Below, piece after piece: positions 15,974 to 25,401 of a DNA stretch of 28,407 nucleotides. Numbering within the stretch: position 1 is the first letter of the stretch; each line of letters begins with the position of its first letter. Origin of the DNA: Candidatus Sumerlaeia bacterium (GTDB lineage: Bacteria > Sumerlaeota > Sumerlaeia > SLMS01). The notes under the pieces are model-generated. The model was not told the DNA's origin, made no database searches, and worked only from the letters and a program-made list of their open reading frames with translations. The position numbers and the translations under genes are program-made. Location: the NCBI GenBank assembly GCA_038208905.1, contig JBBQYG010000040.1, forward strand, positions 1 to 28,407. The letters run 5' to 3'.

Positions 15974-18900
15974 CTAGTTCAGGGAAATAAAGTCCTTCAC
16001 GCCGCCCGGGGTCACCGCTCTCTGGATCGTCAGGTTGTCGATCCAGGTCCCCTCGCTGGCGGCGGGATTTCCGGAGTGGTTCTCGCGGAATCCGATCTGG
16101 ACCGCGCCGGTGGTGCGTCCCGTTGTGGGGATGGTTCCCGTATAGACAATGGCTCCGTTGACGCGGGCCTCGAGGAGGTTCGAAACGGGGTTCACCTCCA
16201 GCCGGAACGTCGTCCATGCGCCTGCCGTGGCGCCGGTGGCGACAAGGGTCGCCGCGCCGAGCTGGATCGTGGGCTGTGGCGACATGTTGTCGTTCTGGGC
16301 GAGGGCGAAGCGGAACTCGCCCGCGTGGGCTCCCAGGCCGTTGTTGATCTCGGCGCTGGCATTGTTCTGGTAGAAGAGCCAGTAGCCGTTCTCGTATCCG
16401 CTGGCCGCGGGCGTACCGGTAAAGAAGGTGCTTCCCTGCGATCCGCAGAAGCCCACGCCGATGGCCTGGTTCGGCTCCGCGCCGCCGGGAATGTATATCT
16501 CGCCTGTCACGACAAGGCCGTTCCCGTCGGAGCCGAGGGCGGCGTCGCCGATGAAGGCGATATTGCCGCCGCCGGTTACGTCTGCCACGCGAAAGACCTG
16601 TCCGCCGCTGGGCGAAGCAGCCACGCCGGAGGCCACCGCGCCGACGCCCATCGAGGTGTAGGTGAAGTAGCTCCCCGTGGGGGCCGAGGCGAAATTGTAC
16701 GCTGCGGGAAGCGAAACCGCCCCACCGTTGGCCGCGCCAACCGAGCGCGGCATCACACCAAAATCGGCCCCGTTGACGCCGGTGTTGGCGCCGTCGGGAT
16801 AGCGGCCGATGGAGTAGCTCCCCGTCGCGACTTCGCCGATCCACGGCCAGCCGTTGCCGGTGACGTTCTTCGTCGCGGGCCTGACGAGGTCGCCGAGCCC
16901 GCCGTGGGCCTCGTACACCACCGAGTCGCTAACGCTCTGCGTCGCGGTGTTCACGATCTGGAGACCGATCGGGCCCGTGTTGGAAAGGTCGTCCACCGCG
17001 TCGCTAAATCCCGTGGTGATCGCGGCCCCCGTCGCCGGGTCGCCCCACGCGATGCGGCCACCGGCGGGAACAACGGCGCCGGAAAGAGGAATCGTCTTGG
17101 CCACGCTGCCATCCACGCCGCTGTAAACGCGCAGCTCGATCCCGGAGGGGATTGCACCAGCGGGGCCGTGTATCTCGATGAACTCGCCGTCGTTGATCCG
17201 ATAGGCGAACTCATTGATCACATAGCCGGTGCCGGCGGGGCTGACAGGGGACCAGCGCAGCTCGTCGAGCCGGAGCACGCCGCTCGACGCCGCGCCGCCG
17301 CCCTCCACAAGGAACCCGATGACCGCCAGGTCGCGTTTGCCGGGCACCGTGTCGATGGTGCCGTTGCCGTCAAGGTACTGGTTGAACGCGGTGTTGTATC
17401 CCGTGGCACCGCCGGTCGTCAGGTCCCACGCGACCGTGCGCCAGCCCGCCGCGTTCAGCGACGTCGCCGGACCCCTTTCAAGCTGACCGTTTCCATCCAG
17501 CAGCACGAATCGAATCGTCGCCCCCGGCAGCGCCGACGTCGTATGGACGTCCACCGAAACGCGCGAGGCGATGGGAAACAGCGCCCGCGTCGCGTTGAAG
17601 TCGCGCACGCTGTTCTCCGTGTCATCGCCGAGGATTTCCCAGCGATAGAAGAACTTGTTCCCCGCCGTGGCGGAGAACGTGTAGCTGATCTGCGCGCAGT
17701 AATCGCTGTTGCTGGGGATCCCCACGCCCGCCGGCGTCGCGACGATGCTGCGCGTTGCGGAGGAAAGGCCCGTATCGTCGGGCCCCTCGTCGGGATTGCG
17801 CCAACGGTCCCACTGGTTCTGCAGCGTCGGGTTGATAATGGCGTCATAGTACTCCCACTTCTCGATCAGGTACTCGTTCGTCCCCGGCGGGGCAAAAGTC
17901 TCCTGCATCACCTGGAAGATGTGGGGATACGTGCGGAACTTGGTGGTGTTCTCGGAGGCCTCGAGATCGTACGAGTGGTAGCCATCCAGGAAATCCTTGC
18001 TCAGCCACGCCAGCGACCAGAAGCCGACTCCGCCGAGCTGCCGCCCCGGGGCCGTGTCGCCGGGCCAGCTCAGCGCGTCGCGCATCTTGATCGCCAACGA
18101 CTCCTCGTCCTCGTAAACCACCGTGCGGAATGTCGACCCTGCGATTTGCGAGGCATAGAACGGCGACTCAACAGCCGTCTGATAGCGGCGCGTCTTGGGC
18201 GTCGCGGAAAGCGTCGTCTCGAACTTCGCATCGGCGAATCCCCAGGAGCCGATGTTGCTTAGGATCGAGGTCGAGTATGCGTCCGCCTCGAGCTGGCTTG
18301 GCACCGTCGTTTCCCACCGATAGCCATAGGACCCAAGGGTCAGCACCATCTTCTCCGGGGGCACGCCGTTGTCGAAAAAGCTATCCGTGTTCCCCACATA
18401 CCCCGACCGCGAGGTGATGCTTCGGGCCAACGTGCTGAAGCTCCCTGCATAGGGATAGCAACTAATGTTGAAGAAATCCACGCTCGCCGCCGCCGTCGCC
18501 AGATTGGGGTAGTTCGCCGCGCTATACGTCGGCCCGATGTAGATGCTGATTTCCTTTCCGGGATTCAGCGCCGCGCGCAGTTCGCCCAGGAAGTCCACGA
18601 TCCCTTGCCCGACACCCGGGCCATAGGGATGCGGCTCGAAATCAAGATTCACTCCCGCGATATTGTCGGAGGCATTATTGACGACGGCGGCCACCTCCGC
18701 CACCAGCGTCGCGCGCAGCGCCGGATTCGGCATCACGGCGTTCAATACGTTCCCGTCGAAGCCCGTGTTGCGCAGCGTCATCAGCACCTTCACCCCGTGC
18801 CTGTCGGCGATTCCACCCGGCTTGAAGAGCAGCGTTCTGGTCGTGATCGAATTCGATACGTTCGTCAGGTTGCCCGTCGCGTTGAAGTCCGTGAACGAGA

Positions 18901-19180
18901 TCGCAATGTGCGTCAGCGCATGCCAGTGATACGCCCACCGCGTTGTGTCGGACTGCACATACCCCAGCACCACGAACCGGCTCGCATCGGAGGACGGCAC
19001 TACGGCCTTCGCTGCGGAAGGCTTGCCAGCCGGCTTACCGGAATCTGGCACAGCCGACGGAACCAACGGTTCCTGCGCGCCGTGCTCGGAATACCCGGTG
19101 GGCGGCTGGGCGGGAATCTGCGGCGCGAGGCCTACAGCGCCCGCGAGCAACAGGAGTAGAAATCCTTTGGACAGTTTCAT
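15974..19180 (-). CDS. Secreted multidomain GH18 glycoside hydrolase (GH18, CBM-like, lamin-tail-like and ConA-like beta-sandwich domains)
   Basis: Signal peptide MKLSKGFLLLLLAGAVGLAPQIPA; VVLGYV, LTHIA, GVKVLM, GVNLDFE (catalytic Glu), GVPPEKMVL, YEDEESL..K, LGGVGFWSL; VINEF...GEFIEIH (LTD-like). Confidence 0.85.
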   Translation of the reverse strand: MKLSKGFLLLLLAGAVGLAPQIPAQPPTGYSEHGAQEPLVPSAVPDSGKPAGKPSAAKAVVPSSDASRFVVLGYVQSDTTRWAYHWHALTHIAISFTDFNATGNLTNVSNSITTRTLLFKPGGIADRHGVKVLMTLRNTGFDGNVLNAVMPNPALRATLVAEVAAVVNNASDNIAGVNLDFEPHPYGPGVGQGIVDFLGELRAALNPGKEISIYIGPTYSAANYPNLATAAASVDFFNISCYPYAGSFSTLARSITSRSGYVGNTDSFFDNGVPPEKMVLTLGSYGYRWETTVPSQLEADAYSTSILSNIGSWGFADAKFETTLSATPKTRRYQTAVESPFYASQIAGSTFRTVVYEDEESLAIKMRDALSWPGDTAPGRQLGGVGFWSLAWLSKDFLDGYHSYDLEASENTTKFRTYPHIFQVMQETFAPPGTNEYLIEKWEYYDAIINPTLQNQWDRWRNPDEGPDDTGLSSATRSIVATPAGVGIPSNSDYCAQISYTFSATAGNKFFYRWEILGDDTENSVRDFNATRALFPIASRVSVDVHTTSALPGATIRFVLLDGNGQLERGPATSLNAAGWRTVAWDLTTGGATGYNTAFNQYLDGNGTIDTVPGKRDLAVIGFLVEGGGAASSGVLRLDELRWSPVSPAGTGYVINEFAYRINDGEFIEIHGPAGAIPSGIELRVYSGVDGSVAKTIPLSGAVVPAGGRIAWGDPATGAAITTGFSDAVDDLSNTGPIGLQIVNTATQSVSDSVVYEAHGGLGDLVRPATKNVTGNGWPWIGEVATGSYSIGRYPDGANTGVNGADFGVMPRSVGAANGGAVSLPAAYNFASAPTGSYFTYTSMGVGAVASGVAASPSGGQVFRVADVTGGGNIAFIGDAALGSDGNGLVVTGEIYIPGGAEPNQAIGVGFCGSQGSTFFTGTPAASGYENGYWLFYQNNASAEINNGLGAHAGEFRFALAQNDNMSPQPTIQLGAATLVATGATAGAWTTFRLEVNPVSNLLEARVNGAIVYTGTIPTTGRTTGAVQIGFRENHSGNPAASEGTWIDNLTIQRAVTPGGVKDFISLN

Positions 19181-19297
19181 GTGGTGCCTCGAATTCGTGG
19201 GGGGTGCCATGCACTGATGGGCAATCCGGCGTAGACTGTCGGCCATCGCCAGAGTCGTCAATGCGCAATGTTTTGAAGCGCCGCGAAACGCCGGTTT

Positions 19298-20747
19298 TCA
19301 GGGATTCCCTGATGGAATTGAACCCGCATTGGGTGGCTCGGGCGCGGTCGGCACGTCTATCCACCGTAGGCGCACTGCCGCCATCCCGATGGACCTGCCT
19401 CGGGGGTCGCCAATGTAGTCGACGATCCGGAGAACATGGTCGCCAGGCACCAGTTCAAATTCGCCATGCCGAAACCATCGGTCGCCAACGCGCGAAAGGT
19501 CGAGATAATCATCCACGAGTATTGTTTCGGGGGCATTGCCGGAGGGGCCCCGCAGTAGCATCTTCGCCGTTGAAGTTCCTGCGGTCCCGTGGCCATACGC
19601 GTAGGACAATTCATAAGTTCCCGCTTGCTCAATTGTAAGTCGAACCTCCTGCCGGGCCCCCGACCCATCTGCAATGCGCCATGCTGTGCGCAGTGATGCC
19701 GTCGCCGTTTCATCCCACTCCCCCGTGGCCGTCCAGTTCGAATCGCCCACGGCCACTTCCGCGCGTGCTGGCTCCGTGTATAGTTTGAACTCGGTAATAA
19801 TCGCGTCTACCAGTGGACCAATGATCGCCTGCTCCGCGAAGTGCCCATCCTCCACATATGGCTCCACGCGCGAATCGGCAAAAAGGCTAAGTACAAATCG
19901 CCTCCCGTTGGGGAGCACCACATAGGCCGTGTCGCCCTCGGTGTCATAGCCGCAGCCCAGTTTTCCATAGTACCGCGACCCAGGAGGTAGGCCATGGCCG
20001 ATCACGCTGGCATCGGCCCATCTCTCCCGCTTCAGCAGTCGGTGGATCAGCTCGCGCGATTCAGGCTCAATACGGCTTTCAACCAGCGCCAGCATCAAAT
20101 CCGCAAGGTCGTCGGTCCGCAGCCGATTGCCGCCATACCAGCCCATGAGCAGCCCTTCGGCACCCTCCGGTGCCTCGCTCGTATTGCTCGGGTAAGTCTT
20201 CATGACGAAGCGCTGACCGCGCAGCAGGCCAAGCGAATCCAGATATCGCTCGAAAACCAATCGGTTCCCCCGCCATTGCTCGAACAGGGCACTCTCGCCG
20301 GGCAGAGGCTGGTAGTTGCTTGTTTCTGTCAACTCGTCCAGGACACGACCAAATGGAGGATTCTCCGAAGGGCCATAGGTTCTCTCCATGTCCTTCCACA
20401 ACTCCGGGGAAAACGCCCCTTCGCCGCCGCGCTCCCGAATCAATGCCGCCACGGCGGGTAGGCAAGCGAGCTTCACGACACATGCTGGATACCAAAGCTC
20501 CCGACCGCCGTGCGACGCCTTTTGCCACGTGCCATCATCCTCGGCAATCAGTAGCGTGGCGGAAACCGTCGAAAAGGGTCGGCCCTTGAGATACGTCGCG
20601 ACTGCCTTGGCTAGGCGATCCGAAAGATTCTCGTCGTGCACGATGGGGGGAAGCGCGGTGGCTGGTCCACCACAGCGTACCGCCGACGAACAATGCCACC
20701 GACAGTGCGACGGCAATCCAGCCACCTGCGCGGCGGAAAGTTCCCAT
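19298..20747 (-). pseudogene. Class A beta-lactamase/PBP-fold hydrolase with C-terminal golvesin/CBM-like domain; frameshifted at G6 20645-20650; CxxK nucleophile motif
   Basis: ATG 20747 encodes the signal MGTFRRAGGWIAVALSVALFVGGTLWW. The catalytic part (YPACVVKL, SEN, GLPPGS.YYGKLG, D.AYV.LPNG) is in the +1 frame. Removing one base from the homopolymer joins the two. Confidence 0.75.
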
Positions 20748-21058
20748 CAATGCTCACCCAGCATCGCCGGAATCGGCGGCATCTCGGGCTCCGCGTGCTT
20801 GGCGGAGCGCCAAATGTTTCCCAAGCTCACCGTGCCGTTGGTCGGATCGTATTGCAGTTGGGCGCTGCTGGTAAAACCATGCGCAAACTTCCTTTCGGGA
20901 CCAACCGACCCAATTCGCCACGGGCCATAGAACTCCTCGGCCCTCGGCCAGAACTGTGAGCGCGGCGCGTAACGCCGCTGCGCCCCAATGTCCTGATAGG
21001 TGTACATTCGTTCGGACATTGGCAACAGCTCATCTGAAGCCATGAATGGGTCCGTTGG
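20747..21058 (-). pseudogene. 5'-truncated type IV pilin/pseudopilin-like gene (C-terminal half only)
   Basis: In frame: PTDPF (21044-21058), Y.Y, W.I.SVGPE, YDPTNGTVSLGNIWR. An in-frame TAG lies 18 nt above PTDPF, and no FTLIE leader is found upstream. Could still be translated as 98 aa from ATG 21043. Confidence 0.65.
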
Positions 21059-21362
21059 ATGCCCGCATTTTTTTTTCTAGTCCTTTCACATCAGATTTAC
21101 GACCCCCCCTATGGCAAGTGTAAAAATAAAACAAGTGCGGAACTATTTGGGTGCTTCGCCCCCCCCGATGGGTCGCATCGTGGGCTGCACGCTCCTCGTG
21201 AATTCATCGCGCCGTGCAGTGCAAGGGTTGCGAACGCCTTGTCGCTCAAGAATCGGACCGTAGGTTAGACCCCATTCTTTCCCCTTTCCTTTCCCCCCGA
21301 GGCGCGGCATAAGCCCGTCCGCCTTGCGCGAGCGGGGCAGGTGTTCAGGCCGCAGGGGTTCC

Positions 21363-21941
21363 ATGATTCTCGTTATCGACAACTACGATTCCTTTACCTA
21401 CAACCTCGTCCAGTTCCTTGGGGAGCTGGGCGCGGAGATGACCGTGCTCCGCAACGACGAGGCAACGCCGGAGCGGGTGCGGGGGCTGGCTCCACAGGCC
21501 ATCGTCCTGAGCCCCGGGCCTTGCACGCCCAATGAGGCGGGCGAGACTTGCAACGTCATCCGCGAGTTCCACCGCGAGATTCCGATCTTGGGCGTGTGCC
21601 TCGGCCACCAGTGCATCGGCGCCGTCTTTGGCGGAGACGTGATCCGCGCGCCGTACCTGATGCACGGCAAGACGTCGCAGATTTCCCACGAGGGGCGCGG
21701 CGTGTTCCGCGACCTTCCGCGGCCGTTCACGGCGACGCGGTATCACTCGCTGATCGTGGACGAGAAGTCGCTCCCCGAATGCCTGGACGTGACGGCGCGG
21801 AGCGAGGACGGCCTGATCATGGGAATGCAGCACCGCGAGGCGCCCCTTTATGGTGTGCAGTTCCACCCCGAATCGATCCTGACGGATTCGGGGAAGAAGC
21901 TGCTGGGCAATTTCCTGGAGATCGCCGCCGGGCGGGCATGA
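21363..21941 (+). CDS. trpG: Anthranilate/aminodeoxychorismate synthase component II (glutamine amidotransferase, TrpG/PabA)
   Basis: [46 protein letters not shown]. Could equally be pabA. Confidence 0.93.
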   Translation: MILVIDNYDSFTYNLVQFLGELGAEMTVLRNDEATPERVRGLAPQAIVLSPGPCTPNEAGETCNVIREFHREIPILGVCLGHQCIGAVFGGDVIRAPYLMHGKTSQISHEGRGVFRDLPRPFTATRYHSLIVDEKSLPECLDVTARSEDGLIMGMQHREAPLYGVQFHPESILTDSGKKLLGNFLEIAAGRA

Positions 21942-22807
21942 ACCGCAACGCCTCGATGTCGCTTCACTTCCTCCCCGCCAGCGCTTCGCCGCTGGTGCTG
22001 GTGATTCGTCGTGGCCCGTCAAAGAGCTGGCATTTCCTCATGTGGGACCGCGACACGGGGATCGTGACGCCGGGATCGTGGTTCAACGGCTTGGTGTTTC
22101 CGCATCGGTGCGACCTTTCTCCCAAGGGCGACTGGATGTTGCTGCTTGCATACCGCGGGGGGAAGCAGCCGGTGGCGTGGACGGCCCTTTGCCAGCCGCC
22201 GAGCGTGAAGGCCATCGTGTTCTGGCCGCAGGAGAACGCGAAAGTCGGCGGCGGGTTCTTCGACGACCGCGCCCCGGTGGCGTGGATCCAGCTTCCGCAT
22301 CATACGCCTCCGCCGGAAGTCCACGGGCCGCATCCCTACGAGTTCAGCCTGGCGGAGCCGGAGGACGAGGCCTATGGCAGCGTCCCCGACCGGCTCGAGC
22401 GCGCCGGGTGGCGCCGCGAGAAGCAGCGCGGCAAGCCGAAGGAATCCGCCGTGTCTATACATTGGTTCAAGGAGTCCCCGGACCGCCACAAGCGCCTTTG
22501 GGTCGAGTTCGCAGGGACCGACGCGGAGCTTCTGGCCGATCCTACGCTCTTTGCCGGGGAGCGCCTAAAGTGGTCCCACCAGTTCAAGGCCCGCCCCGAG
22601 GAGCGCGCGCCGCTCGGCGGCGTCACATGGGCCGACTGGAACAGCCGAAGCCATATATGCTTTGCCGAGGATGGGCGACTCCTCCGCCGCGATCCCGATG
22701 AACCCGCCACGGAGCCGTTCCTCGTGTTCGACCTCAACGGCATGGCGCCGCCGCGCTCACTCTCGCCCGCTCGTCCCGCGGCCCTCTCGGGAGGCACACC
22801 AACATGA
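21938..22807 (+). CDS. Hypothetical protein (RRGPS...CDLSP.G motif, beta-rich)
   Basis: ATGA overlaps at both ends and codon usage is typical. Motifs [13 protein letters not shown]...[11 protein letters not shown]...PP, GGGFF, WADW. Confidence 0.8.
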   Translation: MNRNASMSLHFLPASASPLVLVIRRGPSKSWHFLMWDRDTGIVTPGSWFNGLVFPHRCDLSPKGDWMLLLAYRGGKQPVAWTALCQPPSVKAIVFWPQENAKVGGGFFDDRAPVAWIQLPHHTPPPEVHGPHPYEFSLAEPEDEAYGSVPDRLERAGWRREKQRGKPKESAVSIHWFKESPDRHKRLWVEFAGTDAELLADPTLFAGERLKWSHQFKARPEERAPLGGVTWADWNSRSHICFAEDGRLLRRDPDEPATEPFLVFDLNGMAPPRSLSPARPAALSGGTPT

Positions 22808-23703
22808 CATTGCGTCGCGCCTGCCACGCCGTGGCCACGCTTCTGCTCGCGGGGGGAATCGCCTCTTGCTCGGGCAGCAATCGCGCGCGGATGGTATATT
22901 ACTATGGCGAGCCTTGGGCCGAGGCCTCGGTTAACGGCAATCAGGGATTTTATCTGGTCGATACCGGTGCCTCCATTACCGTTCTGGATTACCATACCGC
23001 GCGGAAGGCCGAGGTCTCCGCCCAGTGGTCCGAGACCGTTGTCGCCACCACGGGGGAGGCGGTGGTGCAAAATGGCTGGGCCGACCGCGTGGATTTCGCC
23101 GGGAGGAGCCACCGCAACCGCCAGGTAGCGATTCAGGATTTCACCACGTTTCGTGCGCCGGGCGGGCGCCGCCAGTCGGGGCTTATCGGCTCCGATTTCC
23201 TGCTGGAATACACCGTGGCTTTTGACCGCGGGAGGCACATGATCGAGCTATCCACCGATCCCGCGCCGCTTCAGCCGGGCCTGACGCCCCACGCGATGAA
23301 TCTCGCCAACGGGATACCCATCGTGCAGGTCACCTTTGGCACGGCGAGCGAGCCCGTGTGGGCCAAGCTGGATACCGGCAGCGGCTATGCGGATGAGCGA
23401 TATGTCTATATCGAAGTGGGCAGCGACGTCGCGAGGCGCGTTCTGGGCCCGCTCCTCAACGGACCTCCCGTGGAGCAGGCCACAGTCGTCAGCCTGGCGG
23501 GGGAGCGGACGCTGAATGTGTACGAGTACGGGCCTGTTCGCGTGTTCGACAAAGTACTTCCGGTCGCCCGTATCGTCGTTCACGGCTCGGGCGAGGGCCT
23601 GTTCGCCGATCCAAGCCGGGTGCTTGTGTCCGGCACGATCCTGAACCAGTTCGACCGGGTGGAAATCGACTATCCGCGGCGGAAGGTCTGGACGCGGCAG
23701 TGA
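22804..23703 (+). CDS. Lipoprotein with two retropepsin-like aspartyl protease domains
   Basis: Lipobox IASC; YLVDTGAS, GLIGSDFL, AKLDTGSG, IDYP. Confidence 0.85.
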   Translation: MTLRRACHAVATLLLAGGIASCSGSNRARMVYYYGEPWAEASVNGNQGFYLVDTGASITVLDYHTARKAEVSAQWSETVVATTGEAVVQNGWADRVDFAGRSHRNRQVAIQDFTTFRAPGGRRQSGLIGSDFLLEYTVAFDRGRHMIELSTDPAPLQPGLTPHAMNLANGIPIVQVTFGTASEPVWAKLDTGSGYADERYVYIEVGSDVARRVLGPLLNGPPVEQATVVSLAGERTLNVYEYGPVRVFDKVLPVARIVVHGSGEGLFADPSRVLVSGTILNQFDRVEIDYPRRKVWTRQ

Positions 23704-23742
23704 CCTCCGCGTCCCGAAAAGCCCGTTGGCATTAAATGGTCG

Positions 23743-23768
23743 GGGCGCCGGATGTTCATCCGGCGCCC
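23743..23768. terminator. Hairpin between convergent genes (probable bidirectional terminator)
   Basis: 12-bp inverted repeat GGGCGCCGGATG-TT-CATCCGGCGCCC; U-tracts are weak on both sides. Confidence 0.6.
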
Positions 23769-23799
23769 ACATTTCCTCAGGCCACTGCGCCAGAAGCGA

Positions 23800-24741
23800 T
23801 CAGTAGCTCTTCTTCGCGGGCGCCGCCGGGGGCATCAACACCGTGTCGATCACGTGGATCACGCCGTTACCCGTCTGGATGTCGGCGGTCGTCACGGTCG
23901 AGTCGTTGATCTTCACCTTGCCGTCCACAACCTTGATCGCCACCTCGGGGCCGCCAAGGGTCTTGGCCTTGTCGAGCTTTGTCACGGCGGTGGAGTTCAC
24001 GCGGCCCGAGACAACATGGTACAGCAGGACGGCCTTGAGCTTCTCCTTGTCGGCCAGAAGGCCCTCAAGCGTGCCCGCGGGGAGCTTGGCAAACGCCGCG
24101 TCATTCGGCGCAAACACGGTGAACGGGCCCTCGCCGTTTTTCAGCGTATCCACTAGGCCGGCGGCGGTCAGCGCCGTGGCCAGAGTCTTGAACGAGCCAG
24201 CCGCAACCGCGGCGTCCACAACGTTGCCCGCCGGCAAGGCAAGGCCCTCGGGGATCAAAACGGTATCGATCACGTGGATGATGCCGTTGCTCGCCTCGAT
24301 ATCCGTGGAGGTGACAGTCGCGTTGTTCACGGTAACGGTACCGTCCTTGACCGCCACCTTCACGTCGCCGTTCAGCGTCTTCGCGGAGGTCAGCGTCGTC
24401 ACGGTGCTTGCCGGAACCTTGCCATCAACCACATGGTAGAGGAGGATCTGGGAAAGCGTCTTCTTGTCCTCCAGCAGCGCCGTCAGGATCGGCTTGGGGA
24501 TCTTCGCGAAGGCCTCGTCGGTGGGAGCAAAGACGGTGAACGGCCCCTTCGTGGCGATTGTATCCGCCAGATCGGCGGCCTTCAGCGCCGTCACCAGCGT
24601 CTTGAAGTTTCCGGCTGCGACAGCCGTCTCCGCGAGGTTGGCCGTCGCCTTTGTCTGGGCAGAGGCCGCAGAGGCGGTGCCAAGGATCAGCACGGCGCTC
24701 AGGACGGACAGGACAGTATTACTAAGAGTACGACGAATCAT
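23800..24741 (-). CDS. Secreted fasciclin protein with two FAS1 domains
   Basis: Signal peptide; two copies of [16 protein letters not shown]...[27 protein letters not shown] upstream. Confidence 0.96.
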   Translation of the reverse strand: MIRRTLSNTVLSVLSAVLILGTASAASAQTKATANLAETAVAAGNFKTLVTALKAADLADTIATKGPFTVFAPTDEAFAKIPKPILTALLEDKKTLSQILLYHVVDGKVPASTVTTLTSAKTLNGDVKVAVKDGTVTVNNATVTSTDIEASNGIIHVIDTVLIPEGLALPAGNVVDAAVAAGSFKTLATALTAAGLVDTLKNGEGPFTVFAPNDAAFAKLPAGTLEGLLADKEKLKAVLLYHVVSGRVNSTAVTKLDKAKTLGGPEVAIKVVDGKVKINDSTVTTADIQTGNGVIHVIDTVLMPPAAPAKKSY

Positions 24742-24952
24742 TCGTTTTCTCCTCGCCCGGCGGATGCCCGGGTGTTTGGGAATTTCCTGCTCGCATTTTT
24801 ACTCTGCGTCGCAGTTTCTAACTATTTTATTACACAGCAAGGCCTGTGCCATAGGCGCTATGGGTCGCGGAATGGGGAAACTCCGCTCGCGCGCCGGCCG
24901 CGCCCGGGTGTTTCATCTGCCGGTCGCGCCATTTCACCGGAGAATCCAAGCC

Positions 24953-25327
24953 ATGAGCATCCTAAGCGCCCTTCTGGGCGACGCCAGTTCCTCCGACACA
25001 GAGAAAATCGCCAAGCAGATCGAGGCCATCCTCGCCCCCGGCGAGGTCGTCGAAAGCGGCTACAAGCTCGTGCGCGATCTCGTCGTGTTCACCGACCGCC
25101 GCATCGTCTTTGTGGACAAGCAGGGCATCACGGGAAAGCGCACCACATGGCTCTCGATTCCCTACAGCGGGATCGTCCGCTTCGCGGCGGAGACCGCGGG
25201 GCACTTCGATCTCGATAGCGAGCTCCTGATCTGGACCAAGGGCGACTCCCAGCCCGTCAAGATCGACTTCCGGGGCGGCGGGGATATCCTGCAGGCCTAT
25301 CGCACGCTATCGGGCCACATCTCCTAG
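24953..25327 (+). CDS. Bacterial PH domain protein (bPH_1-like)
   Basis: YKLVRD..VFTD.RI.FVDKQGITGK, SIPY, ETAGHFDLD.EL.IW. Confidence 0.9.
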   Translation: MSILSALLGDASSSDTEKIAKQIEAILAPGEVVESGYKLVRDLVVFTDRRIVFVDKQGITGKRTTWLSIPYSGIVRFAAETAGHFDLDSELLIWTKGDSQPVKIDFRGGGDILQAYRTLSGHIS

Positions 25328-25401
25328 CGTTTCCGACTTGCACGACTCCCGCTGATCTCGACACACTGCCCGCCAGTTTGCGCGCATGGAGCAAGGCCCA
25401 C

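Noticed and set aside
15779..18262. 827-aa plus-strand ORF
   Set aside because: Antisense shadow of the GH18 gene; Arg/Gly/Ala-rich with no motifs, as expected from high-GC codon bias.
21112..21123. 12-mer TGGCAAGTGTAA shared with 7526-7537
   Set aside because: Only two copies, which is plausible by chance or as a shared -35-like TTGCCA on the minus strand.
21269..21298. G-rich minus-strand tract as a pilE-type G-quadruplex
   Set aside because: One of the four G-runs is only GG and the loops are long, so it is not a canonical three-tier G4.
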